From the NCBI GenBank assembly GCA_028867755.1, contig JAGWFT010000001.1, forward strand, positions 452,727 to 516,726: a stretch of 64,000 nt of DNA, in the 5' to 3' direction. Positions 9,695 to 19,830 of the stretch are shown piece after piece. The notes below the pieces were generated by a model, which made no database searches, was not told the origin of the DNA, and saw nothing but the letters and a program-made list of their open reading frames with translations. This DNA comes from Nitrososphaerota archaeon. GTDB lineage: Archaea > Thermoproteota > Nitrososphaeria > Nitrososphaerales > Nitrosopumilaceae. How positions within the stretch are numbered: position 1 is the stretch's first letter; each line of letters starts with the position of its first letter. Position numbers and translations under genes: made by a program.

Positions 9695-10677
9695 CACTAA
9701 AAAAAATGGATGATGGCATCTATGTAGATGCGCAAAAAATAGACAAGATCAAAAATCTAGATGGTATCATATTTGACTGTGATGGAGTGCTAATTGATGT
9801 ATCTAATTCATATGATCTTGCAATAAAAAAAACAGTCAATTTTGTAGCAAATAAAATTGCTTCAATAAACAAATCTACACTAGTTACAACTGAAATGATT
9901 GACAGTTTCAAAAAAACAGGTGGTTTTAATGATGAAGTCAATGTAGCATATGCACTCATACTTACTGTTGTAGCATCAGAAAAAACTACCAGAAACTTTT
10001 CTGATCTTGTATTTGATGTTGCAAAAAATGCAGACCAAACTGGTATCAAATCAGTTGAACAATATTTTGATTCAATAAAAATAGATCTGACAGATATAAA
10101 AAAGAAGATTGCCTATCCTGCAAAAAGATTTGAAAGCACACTTTCATCTATTTTTGATGAGATCTTTTATGGAAAGGAACTGTATGCTCAACTTTACAAA
10201 AAATCTCCAAAGTTTTTCAGTGGAACTGGATTAATTGAAAATGACGCTATACTTGTAACAGAGAGTCTTTTAGATGAATTGCATAAAAGATTTGGCAAGA
10301 AAATTGCCATTGTTACAGGTAGAGGCATACTCTCAGCAAGATATTCTCTCAAGAAACTGTTTGATGAATTTGACTTGAAAAACTCAAGATTTCTTGAAGA
10401 TGAACCGCGAGAGATGGCAAAGCCAAACCCTCAACCATTGATATTGTCAATTAAGGGAATTGGCGCCTCTTGCTCAGTGTTTGTAGGCGATTCTATGGAA
10501 GACCTTATCATGGCTTGCAAGGCAGACGAGTCTGGAAATCCAACTTTGTTTTGTGGTATATATGGTACCAGTAAGGACTCTTATGCCAAGAGAGACTTTT
10601 TTGAACAAAAAGGTGCAGACATGGTATTAGAATCGATCAGTCTATTTCCGAAGGCATTAAATCTAGTTAGGGCATAA
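9691..10677 (+). CDS. HAD-superfamily hydrolase, candidate histidinol-phosphate phosphatase
   Basis: FDCDGVLID motif I, VTGR, KPNP, FVGDSMED; translationally coupled within the his operon. Confidence 0.8.
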   Translation: MTLKKMDDGIYVDAQKIDKIKNLDGIIFDCDGVLIDVSNSYDLAIKKTVNFVANKIASINKSTLVTTEMIDSFKKTGGFNDEVNVAYALILTVVASEKTTRNFSDLVFDVAKNADQTGIKSVEQYFDSIKIDLTDIKKKIAYPAKRFESTLSSIFDEIFYGKELYAQLYKKSPKFFSGTGLIENDAILVTESLLDELHKRFGKKIAIVTGRGILSARYSLKKLFDEFDLKNSRFLEDEPREMAKPNPQPLILSIKGIGASCSVFVGDSMEDLIMACKADESGNPTLFCGIYGTSKDSYAKRDFFEQKGADMVLESISLFPKALNLVRA

Positions 10678-10701
10678 GCCACTTCTCTCTGGGGGAATTT
10701 C

Positions 10702-11289
10702 ATGAAATCTAGGATAGGTCGCATTATTAGAAAAACTAAGGAGACTGAGGTATCAGTATCAATTAATTTAGATGGTAATGGTACGATTTCTACAAAGACT
10801 GGCTTGCCATTCCTTGATCATCTTGTTACCTCTTTTGCAAAACATGCTGGATTTGATCTCAAACTCAATGCAGTTTCAAAAGATGGTATAGATCATCACC
10901 TAGTTGAAGATACTGCGATTGCTCTAGGTAATGTCATAGACGAATCGCTTGGAAATAGATCAGGAATCACAAGATTTGGATATGCATCAATACCAATGGA
11001 TGAGGCACTTGCAGAGGCATCACTTGATCTTGTGAAAAGACAGTATCATAAAATTGAACTATCCGTAATCCGAAATCAAATCGAAGGAATATCAAAAGAA
11101 GATCTTGAGCACTTTTTCAGATCTCTAGCCCAGAGCTTGAACATATGTATGCACTTGTCAGTAAAATATGGAGAAAATGATCACCACAAAATCGAGGCTG
11201 CCATTAAGGCCCTAGCAGTAGCACTAAGAAACGCAGCAAGTCAAGATAAAAAGCAAAAAGGAATGCCTAGCACAAAAGGTGTCATGTAA
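10702..11289 (+). CDS. hisB: imidazoleglycerol-phosphate dehydratase (monofunctional)
   Basis: [39 protein letters not shown]. Confidence 0.96.
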   Translation: MKSRIGRIIRKTKETEVSVSINLDGNGTISTKTGLPFLDHLVTSFAKHAGFDLKLNAVSKDGIDHHLVEDTAIALGNVIDESLGNRSGITRFGYASIPMDEALAEASLDLVKRQYHKIELSVIRNQIEGISKEDLEHFFRSLAQSLNICMHLSVKYGENDHHKIEAAIKALAVALRNAASQDKKQKGMPSTKGVM

Positions 11290-11894
11290 TGGTAAAAGTG
11301 GCAATATTTGATTACGGTGCAGGTAACATATTCAGTCTCAAATCATCTCTTGAAAAAAATGATGCTCAAGTAGATATCATAACTAACCTAGACAAAATTA
11401 ATGGCTATTCTGGCCTCCTACTACCAGGGGTAGGAAATTTTGATCCTGCAATCAAAAGCCTTAGCACATCTAAAGTTGCCTTTCAGGATCTTGCCAAGAA
11501 TCAAACTCCCATTCTTGGAATATGCCTTGGAATGGAGATGTTCTTTGAAAAAAGTGAGGAAGGAAAATTGAATGGATTGGGGGTTCTTGAAGGCGAGGTT
11601 GTAATACTTCCAAACAAGCTCAAGATTCCTCATATGGGATGGAATGATTTGCAGATAAAAAAATCAAGCATACTCTTAGAAGGTGTAAAGGAAGGCTCTT
11701 GGGTTTACTTTGTGCACTCGTATAGAGTCAAGCCAAAAAATGACAATATAGTAAAAGCAGACTCTGACTATGGAATAAGCGTACCTGCAGTCATTGAGAA
11801 TGGAATTCTTTTTGGTACTCAGTTTCATCCAGAAAAGTCTGGTAAAATCGGAGCTGAAATGATTAAAAACTTTTTGCGGACGTGCAAAAAGTGA
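11289..11894 (+). CDS. hisH: imidazole glycerol phosphate synthase glutaminase subunit
   Basis: DYGAGN, LPGVGNF, GICLGM, PHMGWN, YFVHSY, TQFHPEKS. Confidence 0.96.
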   Translation: MVKVAIFDYGAGNIFSLKSSLEKNDAQVDIITNLDKINGYSGLLLPGVGNFDPAIKSLSTSKVAFQDLAKNQTPILGICLGMEMFFEKSEEGKLNGLGVLEGEVVILPNKLKIPHMGWNDLQIKKSSILLEGVKEGSWVYFVHSYRVKPKNDNIVKADSDYGISVPAVIENGILFGTQFHPEKSGKIGAEMIKNFLRTCKK

Positions 11895-12598
11895 AAGTTA
11901 TTCCAGCAATTGACATTATGGACAATAAGGTAGTGCGTTTGGTAAAAGGTGATCCAAAAAATAAAACCATCTATAGCACCGATCCAATAAAAACTGCCAA
12001 GCGCTGGGAATCTGCAGGCGCAGACATGTTACATGTTGTAGATCTAGATGCTACATTGAGTCTTGGTTCTAATTTACAAATAATAGAGAGAATTGCAGAG
12101 GAAACCTCAATACCAATAGAGGTTGCGGGAGGATTGCGTACCGAAGAAATAATAGAAAACGTATTAGATTTTGCACCAAAAGTAGTGCTTGGAACAATGG
12201 CATTCAAAAATAAAAAAATCTTACAAAGAGTATCAAAAAAGTTTGGGAAAGATAGAATTGTGATATCGACTGATCAGTTAAATGGAACAATAGTTGTAAG
12301 TGGCTGGAAAGAAAATACCGGAGTAGATCTTATACGGGGAATTGAAGAGTTTGTTAATCTAGGATTTTCAGAGTTTCTTATTACCAGTGTTGACCGTGAT
12401 GGTACTCTCAAAGGGCCCGATCTTGATTCTCTAAGAAAAGCATGCAATATCAAAGGAGCTCAAGTCATAGCAAGTGGAGGAATTTCAAAACTGCAAGATA
12501 CAGTAGAAGTAAAAAATATTGGTGTCTCAGGAGTCATACTTGGTAAGGCATTGTATGATGAAAAAATTACAATTGAGGAGGTCAAAACTATAGCATGA
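11882..12598 (+). CDS. hisA: ProFAR isomerase
   Basis: IPAIDI, LHVVDLD, GGLR, DRDGTLKGPD, ASGGI. The true start may be the GTG at 11891. Confidence 0.95.
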   Translation: MQKVKVIPAIDIMDNKVVRLVKGDPKNKTIYSTDPIKTAKRWESAGADMLHVVDLDATLSLGSNLQIIERIAEETSIPIEVAGGLRTEEIIENVLDFAPKVVLGTMAFKNKKILQRVSKKFGKDRIVISTDQLNGTIVVSGWKENTGVDLIRGIEEFVNLGFSEFLITSVDRDGTLKGPDLDSLRKACNIKGAQVIASGGISKLQDTVEVKNIGVSGVILGKALYDEKITIEEVKTIA

Positions 12599-13398
12599 CT
12601 CTTACTAAGCGAGTCATACCATGCTTGGATGTAGATAACGGTAGAGTCGTCAAGGGCATGCACTTCAAATCAATACAGGATGCAGGAGATCCTGTTCTGC
12701 TGGCTGAAAAGTATAGCAATGAAGGTGCAGATGAATTGATATTTCTTGATATCACTGCTTCTGAACAACAACGAGAAACCATCAAAAGTCTTGTTAAGAA
12801 AGTTGCACAGGTAATAGATATTCCTTTTACGGTGGGAGGTGGAGTAAAGACACTTCAAGATGCAAGAGATATTCTTCTTAGCGGTGCTGACAAGGTTGCA
12901 ATAAACACAGGTGCTGTAAAGAATCCAGACATAATTACTAAACTAATGGAGATTTTTGGAAAACAATGCGTTGTTGTTGCAATGGACGTAAAACACAATT
13001 ATGAGATCAAAGAAGGAAAGAACATCTTTACTTTAGATTCCAAAAAATTCTGGTTTGAAGTCTACATCTATGGAGGAAAAACTCCCACAGGTCTTGATGC
13101 AATAGAATGGGCAAAAGAAGTAGAAAGACGTGGTGCTGGAGAGATATTGCTGACTAGCATAGATATGGATGGCACAAAGGAAGGATACGATATTCATCTA
13201 ACAAAGGAGATAGTTAATGCAGTAAACATCCCTGTTATTGCTTCTGGCGGTGCAGGAAAGCCAAAGCATATGCTTGACGTATTTCTGCAAACTAATGTGG
13301 ACGCAGCTCTTGCTGCTTCGATATTTCACTACAAGACACATTCTGTAGATAGAGTAAAAGAATACCTTAAAGAAAATGGTGTTCCTGTAAGAATATGA
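12595..13398 (+). CDS. hisF: imidazole glycerol phosphate synthase cyclase subunit
   Basis: [53 protein letters not shown]. Confidence 0.97.
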   Translation: MTLTKRVIPCLDVDNGRVVKGMHFKSIQDAGDPVLLAEKYSNEGADELIFLDITASEQQRETIKSLVKKVAQVIDIPFTVGGGVKTLQDARDILLSGADKVAINTGAVKNPDIITKLMEIFGKQCVVVAMDVKHNYEIKEGKNIFTLDSKKFWFEVYIYGGKTPTGLDAIEWAKEVERRGAGEILLTSIDMDGTKEGYDIHLTKEIVNAVNIPVIASGGAGKPKHMLDVFLQTNVDAALAASIFHYKTHSVDRVKEYLKENGVPVRI

Positions 13399-13422
13399 GA
13401 AATGAGGCTTGAGTAAATAACC

Positions 13423-13752
13423 ATGAAAATGAAAATTTCAAACATAGACTTTGCAAAAGGAGATGGCCTTATTCCTGTCATAGTTCAGGATATTAACACA
13501 AAAGAAGTACTGACCTTGGCTTATGCAAACAAAGAATCTCTTGAGCTAACCCAAAAGACTGGAAATTCTTGGTTTTGGAGCAGATCTAGAAATAAACTAT
13601 GGATGAAAGGCGAGGAATCTGGAAATACACAAAAAGTAAAAGAGATCTTGGTGGACTGTGATTCTGACTCGGTAATATACCTCGTTGAACCGTCAGGTCC
13701 TGCCTGTCATACTGGGGATAGGGTCTGTTTCCATAATAACCTGGAAAAGTAA
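13423..13752 (+). CDS. hisI: phosphoribosyl-AMP cyclohydrolase (monofunctional)
   Basis: [28 protein letters not shown]. Confidence 0.95.
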   Translation: MKMKISNIDFAKGDGLIPVIVQDINTKEVLTLAYANKESLELTQKTGNSWFWSRSRNKLWMKGEESGNTQKVKEILVDCDSDSVIYLVEPSGPACHTGDRVCFHNNLEK

Positions 13753-13753
13753 C

Positions 13754-14245
13754 TTAACAAGGACTGGGAATTGGCTGCATCTCTGCACCTGCTTGAGCAC
13801 CAGGTACCCATTCATTTATGATTCGAAAAGTTATTGGACTATAAGAAGTTCCCTGAAAAGATATTGTCCAGTTTCCTACCAAGTCCTGTGGTGTGCATAA
13901 TTTTTCTGGTTTTTCTGTAACAGGCTTGAAAAAGTAGTTAAAATCAGATTTCATCGTACCATTAAATGGTACATGTGTGAATACGCCACCTTTAGGATCG
14001 TATATTACCATTGTACCTATGTCAGTTGGCTTCAAACCTGTGACTACCATAAAGATATTGTCTCCTAGTCTGTACGTTCCATTGGTAACTGAAAACGGTC
14101 CTGAAGTAATCCATTGTGAAGTATTTTCTCCAGACATTTTTTGTTGGTTGTATAGATAGATAGCAGCTGCAGAAATAGATACTATTACAATTACTGTAAT
14201 TATTGCACTTGTAGTGTTCTTTTTTCTACTGATTGGTTTTTTCAA
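13754..14245 (-). CDS. hypothetical membrane-anchored exported protein
   Basis: Basic N-terminus plus one TM helix, then a beta-rich extracellular domain; TTG start. Confidence 0.7.
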   Translation of the reverse strand: MKKPISRKKNTTSAIITVIVIVSISAAAIYLYNQQKMSGENTSQWITSGPFSVTNGTYRLGDNIFMVVTGLKPTDIGTMVIYDPKGGVFTHVPFNGTMKSDFNYFFKPVTEKPEKLCTPQDLVGNWTISFQGTSYSPITFRIINEWVPGAQAGAEMQPIPSPC

Positions 14246-14478
14246 TTTTTGTTTAATGTCTATCTCATATCATTAATATCTCTTCTAATTGTAAAAAATT
14301 CATAAAATATCTAGTTCGTAATAACTTTCAATATTGTAAATCGAATCTGAATTGATCTTTTTCATATTAATCTATGAATTTATGTTAATTTTTACTGAAT
14401 TAGATAGCCACTAAAGTTAAGTATTACTTAAATTAATATTAGGATTTTTTATGTACTATTTTACAAAGTCAGAGTATC

Positions 14479-15696
14479 TTGGCAAAGATAAAATCATTAC
14501 AATGTAGAGAATGTAAGAAAGAATATGCTCCTACATTCAGGTATATCTGTGAAGAGTGTTTTGGTCCTCTTGATGTAAATTATGATTTCCCTGCAGTGAA
14601 CAAGAATACATTTGCAAATCGTGAACATACCTACTGGCGCTATCACGAGTTATTGCCAATTGAATCAAAATCAAACATCATAAGTATTGGTGCTGGACTC
14701 ACTCCACTCATTAAAGCCGACAAGCTGGGTGAGAAACTTGGGCTAAATAATTTGTATATAAAAAATGATTCTGTAAATCCAACTTTTTCATTCAAAGACA
14801 GACCAGCAGGTGTTGCAGTATCAAAAGCAAAAGAATTTGGTCTTTCTGCTGTAGGATGTGCATCAACTGGAAATCTTGCCTCAGCTACTGCGGCTCATGC
14901 TGCAAAAGGTGGTTTTCCATGTTATATTTTTGCACCAAGTGACATAGAGCGTGCAAAAATCACACAAGCTCTTTCATACGGTGCCAATTTCATATCGGTT
15001 GATGGAACATATGATGATGCAAATAGAATTGCAGCTCAGATAGGTGATAGTAAGGGAATAGGAATAGTAAACATTAACATGCGTTCTTACTATGTAGAAG
15101 GATCAAAAACTTTGGCCTTCGAAGTTGCAGAACAACTTGATTGGCAAGTACCAGATCAACTCATCGTACCTGTAGGGAGTGGAGCCATGTTAAATGCTAT
15201 CTGTAAGGGATTTGAAGAGCTTGAAAGTCTATCTCTGGTAAATAAGGTGTCTCATATGCATATGATTGCAGCTCAACCTAAGGGATGTGCCCCTGTCGTG
15301 GATGCCTTTAAGAAAAATAAAACTGAGGTTACACCTGTAGAGAATCCAGATACTATTGCAAAGAGTCTTGCCATTGGAGACCCAGGAGATGGTCAATATG
15401 TACTCAAACGATTAAAGCAATACAATGGATATGCTGAAGAATCTTCAAACCGAGAGATTCTAGATGCTATACTATTGCTTGCAAGAACTGAAGGAATCTT
15501 TACAGAGCCTGCTGGAGGAGTATCGGTTGCAGTTCTCAAAAAGATGATAGAGGAAGGAAAGATTGACAAGAATGACTCAGTTGTATGTTATGTAACAGGA
15601 AATGGTTTGAAGACTACTGAGGTGATGATGGAAGTGCTTTCAAAACCTCAAACCATGCAAGCTGATATAACTAAAATCGCAGCATTAGTGAGATAA
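14479..15696 (+). CDS. thrC: threonine synthase (fold-type II PLP enzyme) with N-terminal Zn ribbon
   Basis: CREC...CEEC, NPTFSFKDR, CASTGNLA, EGSKT, PVGSG, EPAGG, TGNGLK. Confidence 0.88.
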   Translation: MAKIKSLQCRECKKEYAPTFRYICEECFGPLDVNYDFPAVNKNTFANREHTYWRYHELLPIESKSNIISIGAGLTPLIKADKLGEKLGLNNLYIKNDSVNPTFSFKDRPAGVAVSKAKEFGLSAVGCASTGNLASATAAHAAKGGFPCYIFAPSDIERAKITQALSYGANFISVDGTYDDANRIAAQIGDSKGIGIVNINMRSYYVEGSKTLAFEVAEQLDWQVPDQLIVPVGSGAMLNAICKGFEELESLSLVNKVSHMHMIAAQPKGCAPVVDAFKKNKTEVTPVENPDTIAKSLAIGDPGDGQYVLKRLKQYNGYAEESSNREILDAILLLARTEGIFTEPAGGVSVAVLKKMIEEGKIDKNDSVVCYVTGNGLKTTEVMMEVLSKPQTMQADITKIAALVR

Positions 15697-15697
15697 T

Positions 15698-17014
15698 ATG
15701 GCCAGTATTAAATTCACCATACCATCAGTACTAAACAAAGGCGGAGGAGAAAAAAAAATTGACATCTCAGCTGTTACACTAAACGATGCATTCAACAAGA
15801 TCTCAGAACAATTAGGAGACGAATTCAAACGAAGGGTTCTAAATCCTGATGGCACCCCTCGTTCTCTAATTAACATATACGTAAATGGTAAAAACATGAG
15901 ATTTTCAGGGGGGCTGGAAACTACCTTAAAGGATGGCGACGAGATTTACATACTTCCAGCAGTAGCAGGCGGTTCCGAACTATCTAGTAAGGAACTTGAA
16001 CGATATTCTAGACAGGTCATGCTTGAAGAAATAGGCTATGAAGGACAACTAAAGCTTAGGAATGCAAAAGTGTGTGTTGTAGGAGTAGGCGGTCTTGGCA
16101 ATCCTATAGTAAGCAGACTAGTAGCAATGGGAATTGGTACAATAAGGATTGTAGATAGGGATGTTGTAGAGTTATCAAATCTACACAGGCAGACCATGTT
16201 TGATGAGTCAGACATAGGACAAGTAAAAGTAGAAGCTGCAGCAAAGAAACTGAAAAAAATGAATTCTGACATAGTAATTGAAGCTCTACCTGTATCTGTA
16301 AACGATTACACTGCTTTAGATGTTGTAGAAGGATGTGCTGTAGTAATAGATGCTCTTGATAGCGTTAATGCTAGATATTCACTCAATAAAGCATGTGTGA
16401 AAAAAAATATTCCATTTGTAACAGGTGCGGCTGTAGGTGTTTCAGGACAGGTATTTACAATCATACCAAATCAAACTGCTTGCTATCATTGTGTTTTTCC
16501 GTCACTTGATGAAAATTCAATGCCAACATGTAGTACAGAAGGAGTGCATCCATCAATTCTTTCTATAGTGGGAGGAATTGAAGTTGCCGAAGCTGTTAAA
16601 ATATTGATTGGCAGATCTCCAACTTTAATAAACAAATTACTCTACATAGATCTAGACAATTTAGATTTTAGTACAGCTGAATTCAAAAAAGTTGATGAAT
16701 GTTCTGTTTGTGGAACAGGCAAGAAAGAAGAACTACCAAAACAAGATCTAATAATTGAAGAGCTCTGCGGTCGTAGCAGAGGTAAGAGAACTTTCTCAAT
16801 CACTCCTACAAAGATGTTTGAGATTGATGTGCCAAAAATTACAAATGCTGCATCAACAAAAGGATTCAAGGTTCAAAATCAGGGAGACCTTGGTCTTTCT
16901 GTATCGACAAATGATATATTCATAAGCTTTCTAAAACGAGGCTCGGCAGTTATTGTAGGGGAAAAAGATGAAGATTCTGCAATTGCATTGTATAAAACAT
17001 TAGTAAATGCTTAG
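15698..17014 (+). CDS. MoaD/ThiS (SAMP-like) ubiquitin-fold domain fused to ThiF/MoeB E1-like adenylyltransferase
   Basis: N-terminal about 90 aa ending ILPAVAGG, then RYSRQ, GVGGLG, DRDVVELSNLHRQ, DALD, CYHC...CSVC and the active-site region PTCSTEG. Confidence 0.92.
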   Translation: MASIKFTIPSVLNKGGGEKKIDISAVTLNDAFNKISEQLGDEFKRRVLNPDGTPRSLINIYVNGKNMRFSGGLETTLKDGDEIYILPAVAGGSELSSKELERYSRQVMLEEIGYEGQLKLRNAKVCVVGVGGLGNPIVSRLVAMGIGTIRIVDRDVVELSNLHRQTMFDESDIGQVKVEAAAKKLKKMNSDIVIEALPVSVNDYTALDVVEGCAVVIDALDSVNARYSLNKACVKKNIPFVTGAAVGVSGQVFTIIPNQTACYHCVFPSLDENSMPTCSTEGVHPSILSIVGGIEVAEAVKILIGRSPTLINKLLYIDLDNLDFSTAEFKKVDECSVCGTGKKEELPKQDLIIEELCGRSRGKRTFSITPTKMFEIDVPKITNAASTKGFKVQNQGDLGLSVSTNDIFISFLKRGSAVIVGEKDEDSAIALYKTLVNA

Positions 17015-17022
17015 TGTTACAA

Positions 17023-18048
17023 TTACAAAGTTTTAATCACAGACATTAATCGTACAAAAGGATCTTCCATGGAGTCAAGTATTCTTCGTGCTTTCTCTTT
17101 ATTCCTTGGTGCGTTCCTGAGCATCTCATTGACTGTCTGAAGAACATGTTTAGGATTTGTTTCTCTTCGCACTAGACCAATTTTGACCAAGTATTTTTCA
17201 ATATAGTTAGGTACTGCATCATAAGAAATGGTAGGCACTCCCATTAGAGCAGCCTCAGCAGTCATTGTTCCACCGGATCCTATGAAAAGATCAATAGCAG
17301 AAAGAAGCGATTTTCCATCAACAACTTTATTCATGATCTTTACTTTGCTTCCAAATTCTTTTTTGAGTTGATCTATCTGAGGTTTGTATCTAGCTAAAAC
17401 TATTATATTGTATTTTTCTTCTTCCTTACTAAATTCATAAATGATATTTTTACTTATGCTAGTTTTCCCAAAAACATAAGCCGCTGATGATTCTTCAAGT
17501 CTAATAACTATAGTTTTTTTGTGTTTACTAGTAGCAACTGGTTTGATGTTAGTTCCATTCTTTACTATAACGGATGCATCTATCGCTTTGTATTGGATGA
17601 TATTACTTTTTGAGATTCCATATTTTTCAAATTCTTTTTTTGGTATTATCCATGGGATCAAAAGTTTTTGCACAAATGGCAGTGAAAGTCTCATTACAGC
17701 TTCTGCATGTGGGGAATCAGAGAAAGCTATGTGTTTAACGCCAAGACCAAATGCAATTCTTGAAGCCTCGGGAGAACAGAAACTAATGACCAAATCAGGA
17801 GAGAATTTCGTTATTATATTGAACAGGCGATCAATTCTCTGTGTACTAGCTTTTAGCTTATCTTTTCTTCCTGATCCACCGTGTTTTCCTACCAGTAGAA
17901 GATTAACGTGTTTTATCCTTGCAATCTCTACAACTTCACGATAATTCCTAGAAGTACATAGTATTTTGTGATTTTTACCTAATTTTTGGACTATTGGACC
18001 AAAAAATAGTAACTGCTTCGGAGTAAGGATATCAAACCAAATTTTCAA
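17023..18048 (-). CDS. DUF354 family protein (GT-B-like fold)
   Basis: MKIWFDILTPKQ, VGKHGG, SPEASRIAFGLG, DSPHAE, FIGSGGTMTAEAALMGVPTIS. Confidence 0.85.
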   Translation of the reverse strand: MKIWFDILTPKQLLFFGPIVQKLGKNHKILCTSRNYREVVEIARIKHVNLLLVGKHGGSGRKDKLKASTQRIDRLFNIITKFSPDLVISFCSPEASRIAFGLGVKHIAFSDSPHAEAVMRLSLPFVQKLLIPWIIPKKEFEKYGISKSNIIQYKAIDASVIVKNGTNIKPVATSKHKKTIVIRLEESSAAYVFGKTSISKNIIYEFSKEEEKYNIIVLARYKPQIDQLKKEFGSKVKIMNKVVDGKSLLSAIDLFIGSGGTMTAEAALMGVPTISYDAVPNYIEKYLVKIGLVRRETNPKHVLQTVNEMLRNAPRNKEKARRILDSMEDPFVRLMSVIKTL

Positions 18049-18113
18049 ACATTTTGAATAGAATTTGAGGATGGAAAAAGTTTTTCTTAGCCTATACTCC
18101 TAGTTCGCATGAT

Positions 18114-19247
18114 TTGGTTGCTACAAAAGTTGTTGTTTACGGGCTTAGTACGGAAGGATACTCGATTGCATGTCAAATGGCGATAAAGGGGGCAGATGTC
18201 TTCATTGTGGACGAATCAGCACATATGGCAATTTCCCTCAAGGCAGAAATAGCTAAAACGTATCCGAATGTCACTTCCCTAAAAGAGGACGAACCACTAC
18301 TTGGCGTAGAACCAATAGATGTAGCAATATCGCACTCGGAATATCTTTTCTTTGCTCCACGAATTAGAAAAACTGGGCAAGAAGCAAAAATGGAAATTCA
18401 TTCAAAATTCAAAGACGCTACATCTCCAATGAAAAAAGGCGGATCAGTAATTTACAATCTTCCGACAGGAATAGGTGGTAACAATGAAACCATATCACTT
18501 TTGGAACATATCACTGGACTTGAAATGGGAAAAGGAATATCATATTTCTATTACCCTCTATCAAAAGGACATGTTCCTGAAATAATTGGTGCCTTTAATG
18601 GAAAAGCTGATGACAAACTTGGTAAATTACTAGAATCTGAAAAAAAGATAAAAAAGTTTGCTTCCATATCTTCAGCTGAGATTATTCATGCAATAAAGGT
18701 ATTAACACAATTTTCAAGCTTGGCAAGTATTCTTGAAGTCTGTAAATTTGCACAAGATTCAGCTACAAGAAATGATCTCATATTCACTGACTACAAAGAT
18801 CTATTTCTGGATGATATGACTAACGGATTATATGATTTAAGATCACTCGGAACATCTGTTGAAGGTGCAGGTACCATGATGTATCTGGTAAATGGAAGCA
18901 TAAAGGGAATTGAGGGTTATGTCAAGAGGCTTATTGACGAGATTAGGTCTACTCTGAAGAAGAATGAACTTAAAGCAAGCAGAACTAGAGTAGTCCTAGT
19001 CTGGACGCAAGATTCTTACGAGATGAGAGGGGATAAGGTAGACATGTTAAATTCTCTTGTTACAAAACTTCGTGATTATATAGGAGATGTGGAGGTGCAG
19101 GAGGGTCCTGGTCTTGATCTTTTCCATAACGATAAAACCACCATAATAGTGGCATGCTCAAAATCTGACTATGACAAAGTCGTCAAAAATGGAAAAGATT
19201 CTGAGGTAATAATAATCAAAACTAATCCACTCTGTGAGATATTATAA
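18114..19247 (+). CDS. degenerate nucleotide-sugar dehydrogenase-like protein
   Basis: Rossmann-like start VVVYGLSTEG and overall layout like the UDP-Glc/GDP-Man dehydrogenase family, but no GGHC catalytic motif. Confidence 0.55.
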   Translation: MVATKVVVYGLSTEGYSIACQMAIKGADVFIVDESAHMAISLKAEIAKTYPNVTSLKEDEPLLGVEPIDVAISHSEYLFFAPRIRKTGQEAKMEIHSKFKDATSPMKKGGSVIYNLPTGIGGNNETISLLEHITGLEMGKGISYFYYPLSKGHVPEIIGAFNGKADDKLGKLLESEKKIKKFASISSAEIIHAIKVLTQFSSLASILEVCKFAQDSATRNDLIFTDYKDLFLDDMTNGLYDLRSLGTSVEGAGTMMYLVNGSIKGIEGYVKRLIDEIRSTLKKNELKASRTRVVLVWTQDSYEMRGDKVDMLNSLVTKLRDYIGDVEVQEGPGLDLFHNDKTTIIVACSKSDYDKVVKNGKDSEVIIIKTNPLCEIL

Positions 19248-19277
19248 TAAAGGTATACGATAAAAGAGACGATAGTC

Positions 19278-19829
19278 TTGTCTGAAAATGATAATGAAAT
19301 TGAGGGTGAGGAAAAAACTTTGCAAGAAGCAGAAATGAAAAAAGAAACTGGAGTTATTGAAGAATTAACAAATAAATTAGAACTAGAAAAAGAGAAAGTG
19401 AGTCTACAAGAAAAAAAAATTCAATATTTGCTGGCAGATTTTGAAAATCTAAAGAAAAGATCAGAATTAGACGTTCAGAATAAAGTGAACTCTATTAGTG
19501 ATAATATGATTTTAAAATTTCTGTCCATTTATGATGATTTTATTCGTGCAAGAGATGCATTATCCAGACAAAATGCAAATACAGATGGTTTAGATGCCAT
19601 TTTGAAGAACATGGATTCGTTCTTGTCTGAATATGGTGTACAACCTATTGAAGCGCTGGGTGAAGCCTTTGATCCAAGGTTACATGAAGCCATTTCAATA
19701 AAAAATGACCCAGAACTTGATGATGATACAATTACAACAGAACTACGTAAGGGATATGTTTTGAAAGACAGAATTATTAGACCCAGTCTAGTAGAAATAT
19801 CTAAAAAACATATCAAAGAGATGAACTAA
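19278..19829 (+). CDS. grpE: nucleotide exchange factor GrpE
   Basis: [33 protein letters not shown]; first gene of the grpE-dnaK-dnaJ cluster. Confidence 0.95.
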   Translation: MSENDNEIEGEEKTLQEAEMKKETGVIEELTNKLELEKEKVSLQEKKIQYLLADFENLKKRSELDVQNKVNSISDNMILKFLSIYDDFIRARDALSRQNANTDGLDAILKNMDSFLSEYGVQPIEALGEAFDPRLHEAISIKNDPELDDDTITTELRKGYVLKDRIIRPSLVEISKKHIKEMN

Positions 19830-19830
19830 A

